Origin: Mytilus trossulus
Lineage: Eukaryota
Assembly (NCBI RefSeq): GCF_036588685.1
Contig: NC_086374.1
Location: 54,560,001-54,624,000, forward strand
DNA: 64,000 nucleotides
Direction: 5' to 3'
Shown here: piece by piece, positions 14,290 to 27,700 of the stretch
Layout: each line of letters begins with the position of its first letter
Numbering within the stretch: the first letter of the stretch is position 1
Position numbers and translations under genes: made by a program
The notes under the pieces: generated by a model
Seen by the model: only the letters and a program-made list of their open reading frames with translations
Told to the model about the DNA's origin: nothing
The model's database searches: none

Positions 14290-14860
14290 TGTTGATGGTT
14301 TGATACTAAACCCCTAACGGGAAGGATTGTGCCTGATGTTCATATGATGAAATCATAATCTTTCAGTCAGTTTAATTGAAGTCTGGAGCTGGCATGTCAG
14401 TTAACTGCTAGTAGTCTGTTGTTATTTATGTATTATTGTCATTTTGTTTATTTTCTTTGGTTACATCTTCTGACATCGACTTCTCTTGAACTGAATTTTA
14501 ATGTGCGTATTGTTATGCGTTTATTTTTCTACATTGGTTAGAGGTATAGGGGGAGGGTTGAGATCTCACAAACATGTTTAACCCCGCCGCATTTTTGCGC
14601 CTGTCCCAAGTCAGGAGCCTCTGGCCTTTGTTAGTCTTGTATTATTTTTATATTAGTTTCTTGTGTACAATTTGGAAATTAGTATGGCGTTCATTATCAC
14701 TGAACTAGTATATATTTGTTTAGGGGCCAGCTGAAGGACGCCTCCGGGTGCGGGAATTTCTCGCTACATTGAAGACCTGTTGGTGACCTTCTGCTGTTGT
14801 TTTTTATTTGGTCGGGTTGTTGTCTCTTTGACACATTCCCCATTTCCATTCTCAATTTTA
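14290..14860. repeat. Dispersed repeat, probably Penelope-associated
   Basis: GC-richer block ending ...GACACATTCCCCATTTCCATTCTCAATTTTA; its cccaagtcagga segment recurs elsewhere in the window; family assignment from recall. Confidence 0.5.
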
Positions 14861-15039
14861 TTATGTAAAACTGCTCAACAATAGCCTATAACCCATACAT
14901 AATAATAATAAACATTAAGTTGGAACCAGCTTCAATTCAGAAACGGGACCACCAAATACTGATTTTCTTGACTTTTTAATGAGACAAATGATAAAGAAGT
15001 GTGGAATGTGTCCATGGAATACAGATGATGTCCTCGTTT

Positions 15040-15585
15040 GCTTTCAGCTTCCACATTGTGAACTTTCCATTTATATGTAGCAACATTCCAGGCAGCAGCG
15101 CTTGCATACGGATTACATATCTCCAAATTGATATGATAGTTCCGCGCTTATATAACGTATAATGATTTCCTTGATAGAGGGTTGCTCCTCACAAGATAGC
15201 TATTAAACCAAGAGTTCCAAATGGTGAAGTTGAATTCATCCCTTCTTAATTTTTTTGGCCGTTATGGAATAACTGTATCAAATATGTTCCTTATGTCGCA
15301 ACTACAATCCCCTTCCCTTTTCACGAATGAGACCTGCCGAATAAGACTATTTACCTTGTTTGCAATAACATGAGCAACACGGCGTTTGCTACATGTGGAG
15401 CACGATCTGCTTATCCTTCCGGAGCACCTGAGATCACCTCCAGTTTTTGGTGGGGTTCTTGTTGCTTAGTCTTTTATTTTCTATGTTGTGTCTTGTGTAC
15501 TATTATCTGTCTGTTTGTCTTTTTCATTATAAGCAATGTCGGTGTCAGTTTATTTTCGATAAATGAAGTTTACTGTCCCTTTGGG
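15040..15585 (+). mobile_element. Degenerate 3' fragment of a Penelope-like retroelement
   Basis: Translates as IVNFPFICSNIP...ISKLI...DFLDRGLLLTR..LNQEFQMVKL with lesions; same family as 30888-31405. Confidence 0.65.
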
Positions 15586-15794
15586 TTGCAGTTATGCGTC
15601 TGAAGTTTAAGAAAAATCATTATGATATGAGTTTTAAAAGCAAAATCACTGATCTCAAATTTCCGTTGAATGGGACTATCGTTATATGATGCTGTTTAGA
15701 TAATCATAAAAAAGAGAAAAAAAAACAAATATTATTTGATAGATAACTTTTAATTCTTCATCATGTCGTTATTGCTTTGATATACACGAATGCA

Positions 15795-18700
15795 TTACAT
15801 ATAACCTTTGTATTTTTTATAACTAAAGGGACATTTGAAATTAAAGGGATACAAATATTTGTACCAAAAGTCAAGTTTTGGTTGTTTAAAGTTGAGTTCG
15901 TTGGTAATAACTGTATTGCCGTTGACATAATTCAGCTTGTTGATTGATTTTTTCTCCGAACTGTACTTCTTCAATCTCAAATCACAGGATCGCCAGTTTC
16001 TAGAATGCATCAAAATTAAAGAACAAATATATATGTGTAATCAATATTTGTTCACTTATCTATTCCCTGTTATATGTATAAGGTTCTTTTTTAATGTCTA
16101 ATTTTTCTATTTTAACTATTAAATTTATCCAAAACTATAGCACAGATATACATTTACACAGACAGCACTTGTTTTGTTTTATGCTTTTTTTCCTTTGACT
16201 GCTTTTATTTGTGTAAGTTTGCTGAATTTTGTTACATTCATTTTACCATTGTGCAACTGATGTTGGCTTGAATTAATCGTTGAAGGAAAGTAAGTTACCC
16301 TCATGTTCACATAGTTAACAGTTTAGAATGGATTGTCCTCCCATAGAGGTCATACTAATGGCTAATATCGACATTTGTAAATTGCACTCAAACTTAAGCC
16401 GAAAACAGCACTTCGTAGTATGCATTTTCAGCCTTACAGGGATATGTAGAAATAGTAGACCAATTTGTTATACAAAATTCTTATTTTATCCATTATATTC
16501 ATTGGACACACGGGATTTGTTAATTTTCACTTAGTAGTAATACCTTGCATAATCATTGGTTGGAGGTGTACGGTTGATTAAAAGGTAAAATCACAAAAAT
16601 ACTGAACTTAGAGGAAAATCAATTCGAAAAGTCCATAATCACATGGCAAAATCAAATAACAAAACTCATCAAAAACGAATGGACAAGAACTGTCATATTC
16701 CTGACTTGGAACAGGCATTTAACACACTCAGTGAAGAAAAAAAAAATACACAACTTCGTCTTTGGTGATATTGTTTTCTTGCGTGTATTCATCTACTCTA
16801 ACACCGTCATCTAAGGGCAGTATTTACATAATATCATACCCTTCTTTGACAAAATTGCTGATTAGTTGCATCGTCACTTTAGAAACCTCTGCATCACGTG
16901 CTGTATATGAGAACTTTGGATGTCCTATTGTCGGTACACCAAATACATAAAATACATCCCATCCATGCTGTACTCCTTATAAGAGAATAATTAGAATTAA
17001 AATTTAAACTGAATCTCATAAGTAGGATAAAAAAAATCAAGTATAAAGAGCACTTCCCTTCATTGAAAATTCTTTCGAGTTTATATGGTCTTTAAAATTG
17101 GTCATTCACATCAGCTGCATTATATTTAAAAGAATAAGTGAACATGATGTCATATCCTTCAAGCAGGACTTACTTGTAAAAATGGGATATAGAACGATAC
17201 AGCAGAGCCAAGTTAACTAATTTACACTTATGTTTGCTTTTAGCAGTAGAAGAGACTGTATTACCTATCCAATCAGGTCCTGGTACGTTTTGAGAAACAT
17301 AATCAAAACTGAGTGTATAAACTTTCTTCTGCCATTTAGACATCATGTCTGCTAGTTTCATCATTGGCGCAAAGATTCCTAAATCTGCCCTGACTTGTAA
17401 GGCCTGAAATAATAATACGTTTTCGGGTATATTTGGTAAATTATTTCACTTTCAAATCTTTATATCAGACGTTCTTTTCCTAGATTTGCGTAACTGCTCT
17501 AAAAATTCTTTTCTCTTACTTTTGTGTTACTTTCACATTTCTTGAGAAGTGTGAGAAAAACAGTTCTCATAACTAGTGAAATATCTATTATCAGCAAACA
17601 TTGGTCGAAATCAAATTATGACGTTAGATTATTTTCAATTTCTCCCGAATATCATATTGTGACGTCCTGAAAAAGGTGACCATGTATGATGACGTCACAT
17701 ATAAATGACACAACAGTCTGTAAATTTTTGAAAAGTGATAATAAAAATCGTTACAGAAACAGATTCCCATAACTATAACTCTAGTATACCAATATATATT
17801 TCTCCACTCTAAACTGTTAAATTCTTATTATTTAAAAAGCTCGGCAAGCCTCGCGCTTTAAGTTTCAAGTGGAAAAATATCGTAATACACTTGTTGCAGT
17901 GATGGAATTTATATGTTTCAAGTTTGTTCTTTTTGGATATTTTTAACATTGATATGTGCTTGTTATTATCCAAACAAACATTTATTGTCGTTATAACTTC
18001 CGATAGCAAGTAAACAACTTACTGAAGGATAACTTGATAGATTCAAACTCCCCCAGATCTTTATTTCTTTTTTCACGTTATCTGCAAAATAGATATTCTT
18101 GACAAAAACCTATATCTTATCAGAACATAATTTGTTTCAACAGATTTTGATATGTTTTTTTTTATGATGGTGTTTTTTTATTAACTCTACGCTTTTATTC
18201 AAATATGTCTATTTATTATGTTTAGCATTTTTTGTTTTGACTCCAAACATGAGTAACTGGTGCATTGAAAATGTAACGGGTTATGTTCTTCTATCGAGTA
18301 CGACTTACAACCGGATTTTCTTTTTAAGATCTGAGTATAGGTGAATCATTGTTCATGTAGTAATTTTGAGATAATCCTTCTTTACAGTTACTCCTAATTT
18401 GTCAAGACAATCAATCACAAAGATTTTTAAGATAACGTGTATTCTCAATGTTATTCAAGTATTTTTTCTACATGTTATTTAATTTGAAGTGGATTGTTGG
18501 AACTTTGAAAAAGCTTTTCAGTGCATTATATTGCTTTGTTAAATTTGAAACTTGTCGAATTTTTAAAAGAGGGACAAAAGATACCGGAGGGACAGTCAAA
18601 CTCATAAATCGAAAACAATCTGACAACGCCTGGCTAAAAATGAAAAAGACAAACAGACAAATAATATAAAACATGACACAACATAGAAAACTAAAGAATA

Positions 18701-21700
18701 CGCAACACGAACCCTAACCACAAACTAAGGGTGATCTTAGGTGCTCCGGAATGGTAAGCAGATCTGCTTCACATGTGGCACCTGTCGTGTTGCTTATGTT
18801 ATAACAAATCTGGTATATAGTCTAATTCGGTAGGTCACATTGAAAGAATCATGGTTGATAATCCAACACTACGCCATTTGACATTTATCATCTATTTTCC
18901 ATTAACCTAATAAATAATTATCTAAAGTACCTGCAAAATCAGAATTTTCTGCAAAAAGATTTGGCCCGTAAAATCCGAGTGCCCGGTCTAAATTTGGTTC
19001 TCTGAATGCTGAAATAAAGCGGGACATTAATTTATAGTGTAATTCATTGATTTTTACAGCTTTATTCAGATCTTATTTTAGAATACGTTAACACCTTGCA
19101 TACACTTTTTATTTGTATGCTCGATTTCTACGCATGTTAAATAAAGCAGTTCATCCTTAGCAGTGTCTTTCTCGGTAAATATCTTGGGAATACGCCTTTA
19201 CCAAGTCAGGAATATGTCCGTTGTTTTGCATTCGTTTTGTTGTACGTATATTGGTGGGTTAAGGAAAACTAACATGGTCCTGGATATTTATTTTCGTGGT
19301 TTTGTTGAAGTCTGCAGATACGCCTATAGAAAATTTGTTATCCGTTGAATATTTAATTTCGTTGTTAACCTGTATCTCCGAAATCCACGAAAATTGGTGT
19401 ACAACAAATAATAATGAACCCACATTATGTCGAGTGCTCTATTAATGACTTGAGGATATTGTCTAAAAATCGTACGTTAGAAAAACTCAAAACATTCAGC
19501 AATTATAGGACATAATTTCACAAAACATAACAGACTCCTATATTGATTACCATGTTTATCTTATGTCCCGTTATGTTATATCTTCTTTTTATTAAAAAAA
19601 ATAATTTCGTTAGTTGCATGTTTATTTATGGTACGTTATTTTGATTGAACAACAGCAATATTTCTATTTCTATACTATGAAATTAACATTCATTTCAAAA
19701 TGAATTGTAAACTTCATGACGACACACGTTTTCACAAGAAAGTGGAGTGAAAACCAATGTGTGAAAAACACTACAAAGAACAGTTAAGGGGGCTCCTGGG
19801 TATAAATGATTTTTTTTTATCTAATATATAATTTCACTATATTTTTTCATAAATGAACTTTATCATATACTTAAAAGAAAAATGAAATAAAAAAATGAGG
19901 TCACCGTTCATTTAAGCTAAAATCTGCCTCTGGAAGAAGCATACATTTTTGTTAATGTCCTTTTTTTCTGTTGAACTAATAGGAGAAAAAGAGGAAATAT
20001 CGAAATAAAAAAATAACCTAATATAAGAAATCACTTAAATTTTACAATTATTTAGTTTATGTACAGCTTATTTGAAAACAATAATAAGAAATATAGGTCA
20101 CCGATGAGTTTAAAAAGATATTTCAAAATTTAAGGCCAAAAAATGGCATTTTTGCACCAAAGGCAGATAATTTGGAGCTTTTTCAATTTTTAAAGTCATC
20201 TGGGGCCAAACCAAATCATTTTTTTGGGTTGTTTTTTGTACCATATCATAAAGTAACAACTAATAGTGTAATAAATAAAATTTGTAATGAAAAAATAAAG
20301 GTTTAATTTTTGGCTAAAATTTTTGTACCCACGAGCCACCTGAATTGTTAACATAACATGCTTTTGTTTATAGATATGGTCTTTGAAGCAGTCTGATTGC
20401 AGAGACAATGTATGTATGCATGCATGTATATATGTATGATTGTATAACATTGATGAAAGATTGGATGGAAAATATACATAGAGCCATTTCAGTAGTTTGT
20501 TTCTAATACATACTTGATATATCTAATGGGTGCCCTTCATCCCGTGACATCATTAACAACACTGGACCAGCATGGAATTTTCCACAAGTATACAGTTTTT
20601 CTGGACTGCCTTTCAGAAATTCTCCATCAATTATAACCCAATTAATCTATTAAATCATAAAAGAAATAAGAAAAAAGTAAAAAAGTACACATCGTCGTTT
20701 GTTTATCTGAGCCTTAGTTTTTATGTCGTCTTGACATACGTTTTAAATTTCTTGTTTGAGGTAAAACAAATCCTTTATCAAATAAATATTCCTTTTATTT
20801 GTGTATTGTTTTTTTTTTATCTTTGATAATTAAGTTTCGTCTTGAAAATATGGTGTTTAACGCCAACCTTTTTAAGGTAAAATTATAAAGGATTTAAAAA
20901 CTGCAATAATCTATTTTTGATATATGTGTTTATGTAGTAAAGCCGAAGTGACTCCCGCTACCACGATACTATTTTCTTTTCGTTTTTGTTAGTTGGAAGA
21001 AAGTACAATGATAATGAATCTACGGTGACATTTTGTACAGGAAATAAACTTAAGTGTGACAGATTGACTTCCATTTTCATATTTCAAATTCCTTAAATTA
21101 AAACATATCCGTAACTTTATTTTTATATACAAGTACATATACACAGTTGAATGCTCCGAAACAAACAAAAAAACATAAGACAAATGAGACTTTAGCTTAT
21201 GTAGGCATATTTTAGTTGAATTGTGTTAGCCGTTATACTCTCGAACAGTGGTGGTATCTCAAATAATGAACTGGAGACTAAAGTTGCACTGTTAGAGATA
21301 TTTTTTTATCCATCAGTTATTTTTTTCATCGATATGGCGCCATACATGACGTTTGATGAATTTTCTTTTAGCAAGAAAGCTTATTCTTCTACTCGATAAC
21401 AGGAAATGAAAAAAGTACAGCTATACACTTCCAGATATGAAATCAATTCAAAATTTGAAGTGAATTCTGGCAAATATTTCGGTAAAACAAATATTTTTAG
21501 GGTGGAATGTTGTGTGTTTATTTTATTTTCACAATGACAATGGGCGCATCAGAATGAAATGTCTCTTCATGCAAAGAACTTGGTTTGGACATGTTGACTT
21601 GCCAACAGTGCAGGAACTCATTCACTTTAAACTGTCCTTCCCCTACTCAATAAATACATGTATCCATTAATACGTACTTGTATATTACCTCCTTGAACTG

Positions 21701-24700
21701 GTTGATTGTTTCAAATTATCCCAAAATTAGTAAAACTAGCATCTATTGCACAATGTTTATCTGTTTTAGTTTTGTAAAAGTTAGGGCTGTACTCATATAT
21801 ACATATCGAAATTCAAAATTACTCGAAAGTTTCCTATGAAAAATAAATACATCTATAATGTGTAAATGTACATGCATCTTAAGCCAATGTTAACAATGTT
21901 TGTGTACGGTTAAAATAATTCAAAAGAAAGTTTACCAATTTGTGTTGTTATAACTTAACAACGAACTACCAAGGAGAACACATATACGAAGTTAACAGAA
22001 TTCAAACGTCATACGTTGTCACCTTTCCAACGTTATATTTAGCTACTTTAAAGAACTTGTTAACCAGATCATTACTCACCTGTTGTGGCTCTGTAGTGAT
22101 CAGACTGTAACCCGGTCGACAATTTTGAGGAATAGTTGAGACTCTACTGGTTTTTATACACTTTGAAAGAAGCCAGTGCGAAATCGGTGCGCCACTATGG
22201 ATTATTGAATTTCTAAATAACCCTATTAGAGTGGATAAAAGCATATATGAATAAACACTTATTAATGACAATAAAACATATCATTATTTTGTATAATTCC
22301 ATATCAGACTTCGTGTCATGACATTGATATTGAGATAATTATGTTAAGATATCTAAATAACAAAATAAAGGAATACACAGAGCCATAAACAGTATGCCTA
22401 GTCTGTCGACAATAAAGGCATCTAGAACATAGATAGGAGTGAAAACATTTCAAATGTACTCTAACTTGAATGACACCTAGTCTGTCAACAATTAAGGTAC
22501 ATTTTAAAACATCAATATGAGAAAATACAATCCGAAGTTACTTTAATTGGTACGACGCCAAGACTGTCAACATTTCAGACACAAATAGAAGTAAAATCAT
22601 TTACAATATACTGCATTAAGAATGACGCATAGTATATCGACAAAGCATGCACTTTTTATTATGCACGTTTAGGACAGTGTTTTTTTTTCTCAGTTTAATT
22701 GTGCCCAGGGAATGAAACATTTTGTTTGACTTCAGAATTTCTAAAGACTGCACATTACATTATTTATATTGTATGGTATATTTTTCTTAGTATTTTCAAA
22801 CCTTTAGTCAAATCTGATAGTAAGTGAACACCAACGTCACCAGCTCCAGCACTATGTCCATATAAGGTAACTTTAGACGGATCACCATTGAAATACTTGA
22901 TGTTTCTTTGTATCCATTTCATAACCAATACTTGATCCATAAGACCATTGTTGCCCTTTATACCTTTACTTGGATCGGCAAAAAACCCTGATAAATATAT
23001 AATTTATGGTCATATTCGTATTTTGTACAAATTCAATTTGTTCTTTGTATTTGTCCTGTGAAAGTTTAAAATTGAAATAAACATTAAGAACTTTTGGCAG
23101 AAAACCAGATTTTTGAAGTACATGTACATGTATCTGGAAAGGTATGTTTTCATTTGCCATTGGAAAAAGTTGTAACCACAAACAGAATTGTGAAATACAC
23201 TAAAAGGAAATAAAGAATACAATATACCGATGTTAATTTTATAAGAATACTAGTAGAAATTTCGTAAATAAACTGGAATTCAGATGGAAAATAAAACCAA
23301 AGACACTCAGTAAAAATATAATAAAGAATGAACAAACTATGTTGAAATACGAAAATGATTTCCACTGGAGACGATAACTAATGTTAAGAAAGTAGGGGAT
23401 GAAACTAAAAAACCTTAAAGTTGAAATTTGAGAAATTTCCAGGAGATTAATATACATAATCGTATCTGAAAGTCATATGCTTTGCTTGCGAAAAGAAACC
23501 CCAAAAATAGTCAACAAAATAACATGTGTAATGTTCAACAAACGCAGGATGAATGCTATATTTTGTATTATGATTTATAACAGTGTGGAAGTCGCGATTT
23601 AACCCATATGATAAGGAAAATCGGTGAATTAGTTATCGGATATTTGTCCTGAATAATAGGGTTTTAGATTGTAACGTTTGTGCTGATTTATATATACATT
23701 ATACCTAGATTATCGAGTCTATAGTTGAATGTGATGACAATAATTTCTCCGTGTGCAGCTAAGATGTCACCATCAAACACAGCCCCCATTCCTTGATTAT
23801 TAGAACCTCCATGTATGAACATCAGAACCGGCAGTGCCCTTTTATTGATCTGTGATTACACAAAAAATGATAAATTGTTTGAAAATACTCTTTACTTTCC
23901 ATAAAGTATTGGTTACAATTTAACTACAACTTAAATTGTATTCGTCTTTATCATAAATATATATCATTAATTTTTGTTTGAATTTTATGTTGAGATAGAA
24001 TTATCGATGTTGTATAAATTCATTGAATTGTATTTATTGAATAACTAGACTTAATGATGAATATAAATTCCTTAAATAAAAATACCAAGTCATAAATCTG
24101 TTTTACAGCATCAGATAAACACTTTAATTAAGAAGATTCTGAAGCGCTTTTCTTTTTACAAAAGACAAAATTATAACATACCCTTGGTAGATAGATGTTC
24201 ATATATAGACAGTCTTCGTTAAAGTTGTCAAACCCGGGCCTATGAAATTGTATTTGGCCCCGTTGCTCCTGTGGGCATGCTGGTGGGAGATTAGTTGTTT
24301 CTAAAATGCGAGGACTCCATTTCATAGGCTTCTGTGGTCTCTGCAAATAATTTAAGATTAATAATAACATATTCCTTTACTCTGATTGTGACATTGTAAA
24401 TTATATAGAAAAAATGATTATGTTCTATAATCTTGCCAGACATAGTACTCTTATCGTAAATAAAAAAGTTAGATATTAGAATTTTCGTAATAAACAATAT
24501 TGTTTAAGGGAAATAATTCAGTTGGAGTGATATTGTCTAGTAGATTTACCACAACAATTTATCATTGCAAAAGTAATTTCAATGTTACAGGTTTTTTTTC
24601 TGATTCAATAAAGGCAACAGTAGTATACCGCTGTTCGAAATTCATAAATCGATAGAGAAAAAACAAATCTGGGTTACAAACTAAAACTGAGGAAAACGTA

Positions 24701-27700
24701 TCAAATGTAAGAGAACTACGACACAACAGAAACGCAACACAGAACGCGAAACAAATACAAATCGTAAATGTATTCTGCTATGTTCACATTTACATATTTG
24801 TCTTATTCAAAAATTGAAACAGAAGTAATCAGATTGATATGTTAATTTCTAATACAATGTTTTTGTATACTCCTATATCCCACAAGAAATTAAAAACAAG
24901 CATGCTACAGTGCTAGTATGTCATTCAAATCGGGTCCAATGAGCGTTAAGGGAAAACTAGACATATGTGATGTCAAAGACTTTCTTGGATTTTGCACTGA
25001 GTTTTTTTTTTTTTTTAAATATTCCCCATTTGTTATGCCTTCACTAAAGAGCGGATCTCCTCGTGTGATGATCACCGGTGTAGAGGACTAATTGCATGAC
25101 CAAAAAGGATATATATCACATGATTAGATTTAAACATATCCTATTCCAATAATCATTCCTGTGACTATCTGTGACAGTCGGTAGAAATTGTTAATCCTAA
25201 TAAAACTTGTTCCGTTTTAATGCGTGTTCAATTGGGTCGATATTCGATTTTGTCGATTGAATTTCCAGATAGCAATGAAACTTTACATAAGGTGAAATAG
25301 AATATCCGAAAATCGCACTGTGAAACCATACCAACATTATACCGTTGTTTAATCGATTTAGAGAAAACAAGTCCGGGTTACAAACTAAAACCGAGGTCAA
25401 CTATAAGAGGAAAACAACGAAACAACAGAAACGTTGAAGTGCATAAAAAACAAAAGGACAATGCAACGTACATAGAAACGAACTATTATATAACAACTGC
25501 CATATTCCTGACTTGGTACAGGACAATTTTAGGATTTGATGGGTTGGTCCTGGTTTGTAGCTAGCCAAACATCGCGCTTTATGGCAATGTACAAATAAAT
25601 GCAATAACATTCAGGACAAGAAAACATAAATAAATAACATAGTAGTACATTTCGACATGTTACCTAAAGAATAAAAACGATACGTAAAATAATTTAGGAC
25701 AGTACACAAAAACAGCATAATAGGATTACGAACTGTTCGTCACACTAATGTATCAACGCCACAAAAAGTGACGTCATAGTTAATGTTTTTAAAAAAATAT
25801 ATAAATCAAGATTAGGTTTTGTAATTGCATGTAAAATGTATGTTATTTGATGTATTTTATAACAATTACAGGCAGGAATATTTATATATACTGCGCATGT
25901 GCGATAAGAAAAAAGTCGATTTTTTTGCAGAGAAATATAAATGTGGATTTATTGTGTTATATTGAGTTACATTGTGAAATTATAACGAACTTTGGATTAA
26001 TCTGTTTCTCTACTATATATGTATCCTGTCATAAATAAGAAAGAAGCAAACACCCGGTAGAAAAAGAAAAAGATCGAGTCGAACTGTCTCAGACACTGAA
26101 CAAGAACTAGTGCCTCTGTCAAAGCGCGCAGATACCAATTCAAGTCCTGTATCACCACCCACAACTATGGAAAATAAAGCCGATTCACGAAAAACAAGGT
26201 CAGTGAATGAAATTTACGATTTATTAGTCAAAGTCAGTGAAAATCAAAACACTCTCAAACAGTCACTAGAACAACGTATTACTGATCTGGAAATCGGTCT
26301 CAGAAACGATATAACCATCAAAATGAGAACTTTAAAAGAAGAAATAGATCTGGAATTTACAAATGTCGATAATAAAATAGAGAGCTTAAAACATAAGATT
26401 GAAACACTTGAGAATAGCCAAGCCAATACACAAGCTCCACAAGCCGTAAACACAGAGATCATATCTCACTATAAACTTGTATTTAAAAATGTACAACAAA
26501 ACGACCTCGGTGAAAGTGAAAATGCCCTAAAGGATTATGTTAACGATGTGATAAAAGCCATTGGATTAGGTTTTAGTGTATTGTCCGTAGATAGTCTAGG
26601 ATCACAAAGTCAACATGAGAACAATACAGATCAATCAGGTTTGCGCCGTAAACGTCCAATATTGGTAACATTAGAAAACGACACACAACGGTCCGAAGTG
26701 TTGAAAAACAAACGGAAATTAAAAGATCACGAACATTATAAAAACATATATATTGAACCAGACTAGTCACGTCATGAGCGTATACAAGAGGCTAACATCA
26801 GACAAATAGTCAAATCTATGCCGAATTTTCAGATCCGAGGAGGGCGGGTTGTGAAAAAATAGGAAATATGCCAGCTTTCACAGTGTTTAAAAATCGGTAG
26901 TTGGAACTGTAAGGGATGGTACCTATCAGATAGTACTGTACAGAGCAGAATTTTAAGGGAAGATATCATAAATTCACTAAATTTGGATATTATTGGTATA
27001 AATGAAACCCACTTGATTGGTAATCAGAATGTATTCATAAATGGCTACAAATGGTTTGGGAATAACCGGAAGGATATTTGCAATAATGCATGGAGAGGAT
27101 CAGGAGGTGTCGGATTCTTAATTTCAAACGAAATATTGGAAAACTTTGACTGTGGAATTTTAAACAGTTCATATGACGATATATTATGGATATATCTTAA
27201 GTGTAAATATGATTCAGAATTTGTTATTCATCTTTGCATATCATATCTTCAACCAGAGCATTCTTGTAGAGGAAATATTGCACACGAGTTCTTCGATTTT
27301 CTGCTTTCACAAATATATTTGTACAGTGATGCTTCACACGTCTTAGTATGTGGCGGATTGGTGATAGACAGGACTTTGATGATCAAATAGACTTCATACC
27401 GACAAAGTTTAGTGTTGACTCGTCGAAAACAAATTTGGAGATTACTTGATTAATTTTCTGAAGGATGCTAAATATTGTGTATTAAACGGGAGAGGCGACC
27501 AGATATAGGAAGACTTCACCTTTGTTTCTACTTTAGGAAAATCCGTTGTGGATTATATTGCTGTTCCATATACGGATCTCACTAACTACTCGAATTTTAA
27601 AGTTAATTTGATTTCGGACATTATCAGTGAATTTGAAATACAACCTGCTGCTGGGGCAACTTTGCCAGACCATTCTGTGCTAACTTGTGAACTATCTCTA

